From Myxococcota bacterium (lineage in GTDB: Bacteria > Myxococcota_A > SURF-8): 64,000 bases of DNA. The stretch spans positions 1,909,370 to 1,973,369 of the forward strand of contig CAXXQS010000001.1 of assembly GCA_963674735.2 (NCBI GenBank), in the 5' to 3' direction. A model generated the notes under the pieces. The model was not told the DNA's origin, made no database searches, and worked only from the letters and a program-made list of their open reading frames with translations. Both the position numbers and the translations under genes were made by a program. Below, piece by piece: positions 58,679-64,000 of the stretch; positions within the stretch are counted from its first letter, which is position 1, and the number at the start of each line of letters is the position of its first letter.

Positions 58679-58959
58679 TCATACTAAGCTTCGACTGTCC
58701 GGGAAGATCCTAACTTTTTCACCTCGATATTCCAATAACCATCAATGATACCGATGATCTCGTCAAGAACACGGTTTGATGAGAAAAGCGGGAATCTTGA
58801 AGGCAAAGACAAAAGCCGGGGCAGGAGTGATGTCTTGTTTGAGAAAATTGGCGCTGGGCATCATGCACGAAATCAATGGTGATCGAACCATTCCAAACCT
58901 CATGTATCATCTTGCTACAAAACTTCGTTACGCTTTTTCAAACTTAGAATTGAATCGCC

Positions 58960-60312
58960 GTGGTCCATGGCAGACAAGGATGGACTTGGTTGAGATTATC
59001 TGGTATTGCACTGAAGAATTATGTGATAGACGAACAGGAGGAAACACCGCTGCTCAATAAAAAAACAGATACAGTGACCTATTCAATCGATAGCTGGCGA
59101 CGGAAGGCGACCAACGTATACAGCCTTTTTATGATGGTTGCGACTCTTCCTGTCCTTATTAGCGTCTATTTTCTTGATGTCACTACGCTGCAACAGAGCC
59201 TTTTGGGTCTATCCGCATGGTTGCTGACCTTTTGTGCGGCTGCTCTACGGCGCTTGGATGTACGATATCGTATTATGCTTATGGTTATTTCAGTCTGGAT
59301 TTTAACGTCACTCATACTTACCCATGGAGGTATGTTTCTCAATTTTCGTTTGCCCTTAATCAATTTACCTATGATGGTTTTGATGCTTGGTGGGGCGCGC
59401 TTTGGACTCGCAGTCGGAGCCATTAACCTGCTGATTATGTTGCTTGCGGTCTGGGGAACTCAAACAGGGTTGCTGCCACAGGTTGCCCCTGAATGGAATG
59501 ACACCATTGCCAAGATGCAATATTTAACGGCGTTCACGCTCTTTGTTCCACACCTTCTATTGCTGGCATGGTTCAGTCATCACCTGACAAGCGCCATTCG
59601 CCGGGAGCATTTGGCAACGGCGCGTTTACAGAAAGAAGCACAGCAGCGGATGCGGCTTGAAGTTGAAGTCGTGGAAACTGGTGAGCGTGTAAGCCGACAT
59701 ATCGGGAGTGAACTTCATGATGGGGTGTGCCAGGATCTGACCGGGTTATTGCTTCGCACAAAGCGTGCTCAGAAGACTTTGACGGCCAATAATCGTCCGG
59801 AAGCAGATACCTTGAATGGAATCGTCGAAGGGCTGGGAGATGCCATTGGCGAAATTCACGGTCTTTCACAGACCTTGAGTCCAGGTTTTCTGACCTGTCG
59901 GGATTTGGCGGATGCGATTGAGGTTGTGGCTCAGCGCTTCGGAGAAGCTTCGGACGCCAGTATCGAATTTCGGGTTCAGGGAGATGGACCGGTCCAGAAC
60001 GAACAGGCCACGCTTCACCTCTATCGGATAGCTCAAGAAGCGATTGCAAATGCTATCCGACATTCCGGAGCAAAGCGGATCGAGGTTTCTCTGATATATA
60101 AGCCGGACATGACCGTTCTGCTTGTGGATGATGACGGGCAATGGATTGTGCCGAATGAAAAAGCACAAGACGGGCTTGGACAGAAAACAATCCGCTGGCG
60201 GGCATCCGTCATCGGAGGAACCCTCACTGTGGGATCCAAGGCGAGAGGCGGCAGTCGTGTTGAGTGCCGGGTGCCTATTGAACAGAAAGATGTCGAGGTA
60301 AAACATGATTAA
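58960..60312 (+). CDS. Membrane sensor histidine kinase, NarL/DegS type (HisKA_3 plus HATPase_c)
   Basis: About 6 TM helices. H-box SELHDGVCQDLTGL, N-box EAIANAIRHSGA, G-boxes DDDGQ / GLGQKTI. The start is uncertain (GTG 58960 or ATG 59131). Confidence 0.8.
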   Translation: MVHGRQGWTWLRLSGIALKNYVIDEQEETPLLNKKTDTVTYSIDSWRRKATNVYSLFMMVATLPVLISVYFLDVTTLQQSLLGLSAWLLTFCAAALRRLDVRYRIMLMVISVWILTSLILTHGGMFLNFRLPLINLPMMVLMLGGARFGLAVGAINLLIMLLAVWGTQTGLLPQVAPEWNDTIAKMQYLTAFTLFVPHLLLLAWFSHHLTSAIRREHLATARLQKEAQQRMRLEVEVVETGERVSRHIGSELHDGVCQDLTGLLLRTKRAQKTLTANNRPEADTLNGIVEGLGDAIGEIHGLSQTLSPGFLTCRDLADAIEVVAQRFGEASDASIEFRVQGDGPVQNEQATLHLYRIAQEAIANAIRHSGAKRIEVSLIYKPDMTVLLVDDDGQWIVPNEKAQDGLGQKTIRWRASVIGGTLTVGSKARGGSRVECRVPIEQKDVEVKHD

Positions 60313-60964
60313 AGATAAAGCAGCGACACGCGTAATACTCGTAGACGACCACCCGGTAATACGGCAAGGGTTATCCGGGCTTCTTCAGGATGAAGGATTC
60401 CAGATTGTCGGAATTGCGAGCAATATCTCTGAAACAGTTGAACTACTTGCTAAAACGCCTCCTACGGATGTGGCCGTCGTCGATCTTTCCCTTGAGAACG
60501 AATCGGGCTTTGATGTACTGGCTTTGATCCGAAAAGAAACCCCCAAGGTAACTACGGTTGTCTATTCGGTCCATGAAGACATTGTTAACGTTCGGCGAGC
60601 ATTGAAACTGGGCGCAATGGGTTACGTCACAAAGCGTGAAGACCCGGAAGTATTGGTTGATTGCATCAATAAAGCACATGCCGGGGAACGGTATCTGAGC
60701 CCCAGAGCTGCTCACTTTTTAGCTGATGCCTTGGCTGGCAATGGGGAGAAAGCGCCTGATGAGGTTTTAAGTCCGCAGGAAATGCAGGTTTATACCTTGA
60801 TGGGAAAAGGCATCGCCACTCCGGACATAGCCGACAGCATGGGTATCTCTGCCCGAACGGTTGAAACATACTACAGCCGTATTCTGTTTAAGTTAGGACT
60901 ACCCGGTCGCCGCGACCTGCTCCAACATGCTATCGAATATGCCCGTCTATCGTCTGAATCTTGA
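60305..60964 (+). CDS. NarL/FixJ-family response regulator (REC plus LuxR-type HTH)
   Basis: 8-nt overlap with the kinase gene. ILVDDHPVIRQGL, phospho-acceptor region VAVVDLSL, HTH LSPQEMQVYTLMGKGIATPDIADSMGISARTVETY. Confidence 0.9.
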   Translation: MIKDKAATRVILVDDHPVIRQGLSGLLQDEGFQIVGIASNISETVELLAKTPPTDVAVVDLSLENESGFDVLALIRKETPKVTTVVYSVHEDIVNVRRALKLGAMGYVTKREDPEVLVDCINKAHAGERYLSPRAAHFLADALAGNGEKAPDEVLSPQEMQVYTLMGKGIATPDIADSMGISARTVETYYSRILFKLGLPGRRDLLQHAIEYARLSSES

Positions 60965-61210
60965 ATATTCCCTGATGACCAATTCGCTTGCATCTATGTA
61001 GATGGATTCACTTACATGCTTGTCCGCAGATCCCAGTCTATCTAAGTGTTTCAAATTTTGATAGCGTTATCGCTAATTAAGGCCTTGACTGCCCATGGAT
61101 AGCATGGAGCTGCAAGGCTGTAAATCGAGCGAAATCAAGAGACGATAAGGTTCGCAGATATGGCGGCATCCGTGCGGACTTTTTCTCCTAATTAAAAAGG
61201 GTTATTGAGA

Positions 61211-64000
61211 ATGAAAGGCCTAGGAGTTATGAACAGCAACTATCAAAAAGCAATTTATGCTTTGGTGCTAATGCTTGTTGTCGCTTGCGGTACGGGTTGC
61301 AAGGTGACAATTGAAAGCCCAACCGGGAGCGAATTCCTCGAAGGGGAACCAATCCATTTTGCAGCGGAATACAGTGGAACCAGCAGTATAAGCTGGAAAA
61401 GCGAATATACGGCTCCCGATGGTTCGACACAAACTATTTCCGAAACGGATTTCCGCCAAGGTGTTTTAGATATCGGCAAGGGATATCCCTGGGAATTTAG
61501 CAAAGCGAATCTTCCCGTGGGGATTCATCTTATCACGGCCTACCATAGTGACGACACGGACACGATCTCTCTTGTGGTCCTGGCAAAAAACGGAGCGGGC
61601 GTTCCCACCCAAACCACGCTCTCATCAAACATAAGCTCCTCGTCCTACGGGGAAGAGATCGAACTCACGGCAATTGTTGGCGGCCAGTGTGAGTCTCCGA
61701 TCGGCCACGTTCTATTCATCGATGGTAGTTTCGTGCTCGGTGTCGGTGAGCTAGACACTGACGCTCGAACCAGTTTCACTACGCGGGAACTGAACGTCGG
61801 TATGCACGAACTCACCGCCGTCTACCTCGGCGATTCGACCTGCGCAACTTCCACGAGTTTTATCGTCGATCATGAAGTTATAGCTGCCATTGCTGAAATA
61901 TCGGTACGCTCATCGCAAAGCCCGTCTCAAATTGGGGAGAACGTTATCTTCACGGCCTTCGTTACCGCACCGATTAGTTCAGGAACACCGACCGGATCGG
62001 TTACTTTCTTCGATGGTACTGACGAGATCCATACAACCGCGCTCGACGGTGCGGGCGAAGCGGCGTTAAATATTGCGACATTTACCGTAGGAACCCACGA
62101 AATCTCCGCGCACTATAACGGTAGCACCAAGCACACAACTGCCGCCAGCGAGGTTCTGTATCATACAGTGGCCCTGGCTTCAACCAGAATCGTGCTCTCA
62201 AGTTCTCATAATCCCGCAAGCTACGGTGAGAGTGTGACCTTTACCGCTACCGTGGTGGCACGGTCCGAGGCGGGGCCATTTATCGGTTCGGTGACTTTCT
62301 TCGACGGGACAGAGGTCTTGGGAGAACTCGACCTCGACGCCACAGGCCACGTTTCCCTGGAGATCTCGGACCTCAAAATCGGCGCGCATATTGTTACCGC
62401 CAAGTTCGATGGCGACGAAACACACACCCAAGCTCGAAGTGAAGAATTTACTCAGACTATAAACGCTGGACCACCGGATCTGGCACTTGCCGCATCCGCA
62501 AGCCCCTCTCGTTTTGGTGAAACTGTGACGTTTGCCGTAACCGCGTCTACGCCACCCGGAGCGAATATGCCGGAAGGTACGGTAACATTCAATGATGGCA
62601 GTTCCGTCATCGGGACGGCCTCCTTTGACGATGCCGGTGTCGCATTCATCGAAACTTCTGCGTTAGCTGCGGGAGGGCATCTCATCGTGGCCGCCTACGA
62701 GGGTAGCGTTGTGTTCGATGCTGCGAAGAGTGAACCGATCTTCCATGTAGTCGTACCAGCCGAAGGCGGCACGACGCTCACATCCACCCTCAATGCATCG
62801 CGCTTCGGGGACGCTGTCACTTTTACCGCAACGGTGGTCGGTCCGGCTGGTACGGGCATCCCTATCGGTGCGGTAACCTTTCGAGACGGGACTGCCATAC
62901 TCGGCCTGGCTTCCCTCAACACCTCTGGCGAAGCCGCGATCACAACCACGGCACTCGCTGTGGGTGATCATGAGGTCACGGCAATGTATGGCGGCAGCGA
63001 AGAACTCACAGCGTCCACCAGCGAGGTGTTGATTCAGGTCGTTGAACGAGGTTTGACCACCGTCTCTATGGTCTTGGCTCCCACTGTTACGCATTTCGGT
63101 GAGCGTGTCGACTTGGCGACGAGCGTGCAGGCACCGACAGGGACAGGGGCGCCAACTGGCTGGATCACCTTTTACGATAATGCCGAAAATATTGGGGCAG
63201 CAGCCGTAGACACAAACGGAAATGCAGCTCTTGCCATATCAGAATTTACGGTGGGTGAGCACGCACTTGAGGTTTCTTATAGCGGCAATGATGCACTTGA
63301 ACCGGCTTCAAGCGAAGCCATGGTGCTCACGGTGGAGAAAGCCGTACCGACGATAATGCTCGACGCAGCTCCCAGCCTCTCGCAGTTCGGTGAAACCACA
63401 GTACTTAGAGCCTGGGTGTTGCCACCTGCGAACGCTGGTCAGGCAACTGGCTCGGTGACCTTCCGCGATGGCGAGGATGTTCTGGGAATGTCGAACTTCG
63501 ATGAGTTCGGCTTTGCCTCGCTTGAGACAAACGTTCTTGATGTCGGTCTACACTCGATCACGGCCACTTACAATGGTAGCGATACGCTCACGTCCGTCGT
63601 GAGCGGGAGTGTCGAGCATGTGGTCGTCCCTGTTGAGGTCAGCGTTCTGATAGCATCCACGCCCAACCCGGCCAGATATGCAGAAACCGTCTCCTTCACC
63701 GTAACGGTCGTCACGCCGGAAAATGGTGGTGCGCCAATTGGTGCAATCATATTTTACGACGGTGAAACCGAACTTACGACGGTCGAACTGGGAGCACACG
63801 GCGTTGCGCTTTTTTCGACAGCAGAACTTGCCGTGGGCCCACACCAAATTAGGGCGGTGTACGGTGGCAGTGAAACATGGAATCCGGCACAGAGTGATAC
63901 GCTTACCCAACTCGTTGTAGCCGGCACCCCGGGAGTATCGCTTGCTTCGTCCGTCAATCCTTCCCGTTACGCGGAACCCGTTATCTTTTCCGCCACGGTC
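61211..64000 (+). CDS. Large Ig-like-repeat surface lipoprotein, 3'-truncated at the window edge (absent from the ORF track)
   Basis: My own translation: MKGLGVMNSNYQKAIYALVLMLVVACGTGCKVTIESPTGSEF... The frame is open for 930 codons to nt 64000. Repeated ..S.NPS.(Y/F)GE.VTFTA.V......G.VTF.DG...LG...LD..G.A.L....L..G.H.I.A.Y.G. units resemble bacterial Ig-like group 3 domains. Confidence 0.8.
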   Translation, partial: MKGLGVMNSNYQKAIYALVLMLVVACGTGCKVTIESPTGSEFLEGEPIHFAAEYSGTSSISWKSEYTAPDGSTQTISETDFRQGVLDIGKGYPWEFSKANLPVGIHLITAYHSDDTDTISLVVLAKNGAGVPTQTTLSSNISSSSYGEEIELTAIVGGQCESPIGHVLFIDGSFVLGVGELDTDARTSFTTRELNVGMHELTAVYLGDSTCATSTSFIVDHEVIAAIAEISVRSSQSPSQIGENVIFTAFVTAPISSGTPTGSVTFFDGTDEIHTTALDGAGEAALNIATFTVGTHEISAHYNGSTKHTTAASEVLYHTVALASTRIVLSSSHNPASYGESVTFTATVVARSEAGPFIGSVTFFDGTEVLGELDLDATGHVSLEISDLKIGAHIVTAKFDGDETHTQARSEEFTQTINAGPPDLALAASASPSRFGETVTFAVTASTPPGANMPEGTVTFNDGSSVIGTASFDDAGVAFIETSALAAGGHLIVAAYEGSVVFDAAKSEPIFHVVVPAEGGTTLTSTLNASRFGDAVTFTATVVGPAGTGIPIGAVTFRDGTAILGLASLNTSGEAAITTTALAVGDHEVTAMYGGSEELTASTSEVLIQVVERGLTTVSMVLAPTVTHFGERVDLATSVQAPTGTGAPTGWITFYDNAENIGAAAVDTNGNAALAISEFTVGEHALEVSYSGNDALEPASSEAMVLTVEKAVPTIMLDAAPSLSQFGETTVLRAWVLPPANAGQATGSVTFRDGEDVLGMSNFDEFGFASLETNVLDVGLHSITATYNGSDTLTSVVSGSVEHVVVPVEVSVLIASTPNPARYAETVSFTVTVVTPENGGAPIGAIIFYDGETELTTVELGAHGVALFSTAELAVGPHQIRAVYGGSETWNPAQSDTLTQLVVAGTPGVSLASSVNPSRYAEPVIFSATV
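61612..64000 (+). repeat. About 291-nt (97-aa) diverged tandem domain repeats, roughly 8 complete copies plus the start of a ninth
   Basis: Units begin near 61612, 61885, 62176, 62470, 62765, 63050, 63340, 63630 and 63925. They are conserved at protein level and diverged at DNA level. Confidence 0.7.

Larger units (their letters stand above)
57452..58708 (-). mobile_element. IS481-family insertion sequence
   Basis: A single DDE transposase flanked by imperfect inverted repeats that share CCCGGACAGT (57456-57465 and the complement of 58694-58703). Confidence 0.8.

Noticed and set aside
42118-58708. Classical integrase-mediated genomic island with attL/attR
   Set aside because: No tyrosine or serine recombinase gene is present, and scanning by eye found no direct repeat of the tRNA-Pro 3' end. 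I describe the region only as a tRNA-adjacent, IS-rich accessory region.
58776-59060. 94-aa ORF between the IS481 element and the kinase gene, possibly a transposase C-terminal remnant (…LRKLALGIMHEINGD…)
   Set aside because: The similarity to ISAs1/IS4-type C-termini is only a vague impression. The ORF overlaps the likely 5' end of the kinase gene. There is not enough evidence to call it.

Overview
This 64-kb window comes from a GC-rich chromosome. Hand counts of sample 60-nt lines give roughly 58-65% GC in the backbone. Gene order (miaB plus a DUF151 gene; tilS-ftsH-folP-cdaA-cdaR-glmM; tRNA-Val-infC-rpmI-rplT-ihfA-merR-tRNA-Pro) looks deltaproteobacteria-like (Myxococcota/Desulfobacterota type), but I cannot assign a taxon without a search.

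The window has three parts.

(1) Nt 1-27400 is backbone. It mixes housekeeping genes with an unusually dense set of predicted lipoproteins. Almost all of these carry a lipobox Cys followed by a poly-acidic (P)DGD-type spacer. They include a GH5 glycosidase, an S33-type alpha/beta hydrolase, an esterase-fold protein, two tandem hyper-Cys-rich paralogues and a (DGDT)x10 repeat protein. An AT-richer two-gene islet at about 6.66-10.5 kb interrupts this part. It encodes a membrane-anchored TPR protein coupled to an NfrB-type family-2 glycosyltransferase that lacks the C-terminal c-di-GMP (MshEN) module.

(2) Nt 28300-42200 is a core block: tilS, ftsH, folP, the c-di-AMP module cdaA-cdaR-glmM plus a tightly coupled atypical sulfatase-fold gene, and the infC (ATC start)-rpmI-rplT-ihfA-merR block flanked by tRNA-Val(GAC) and tRNA-Pro(GGG).

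(3) From the 3' end of tRNA-Pro (42195) to at least about 58.7 kb is an AT-rich, IS-riddled accessory region. It holds two abutting IS3-family elements with clear -1 frameshift heptamers, one of them end-truncated, and one IS481-family element. Between them lies an 11.4-kb four-gene minus-strand operon: a Cys-rich/FG-GAP/beta-helix lipoprotein, a 1702-aa orphan giant protein with no signal peptide, a lipoprotein, and an FGE/C-type-lectin-fold lipoprotein. This operon is my best candidate for an undescribed system, probably a horizontally acquired cell-surface binding or attack complex. Its function cannot be read from sequence alone.

The window ends with a NarL-type two-component system and a large Ig-like-repeat lipoprotein. 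That ORF is absent from the ORF track because it runs off the window. Its N-terminal module is paralogous to that of the first operon gene.

I found no CRISPR array, rRNA, reverse transcriptase, integrase or recognisable defence genes. All calls rest on motif and pattern recognition by eye. No database search, HMM or folding computation was run.
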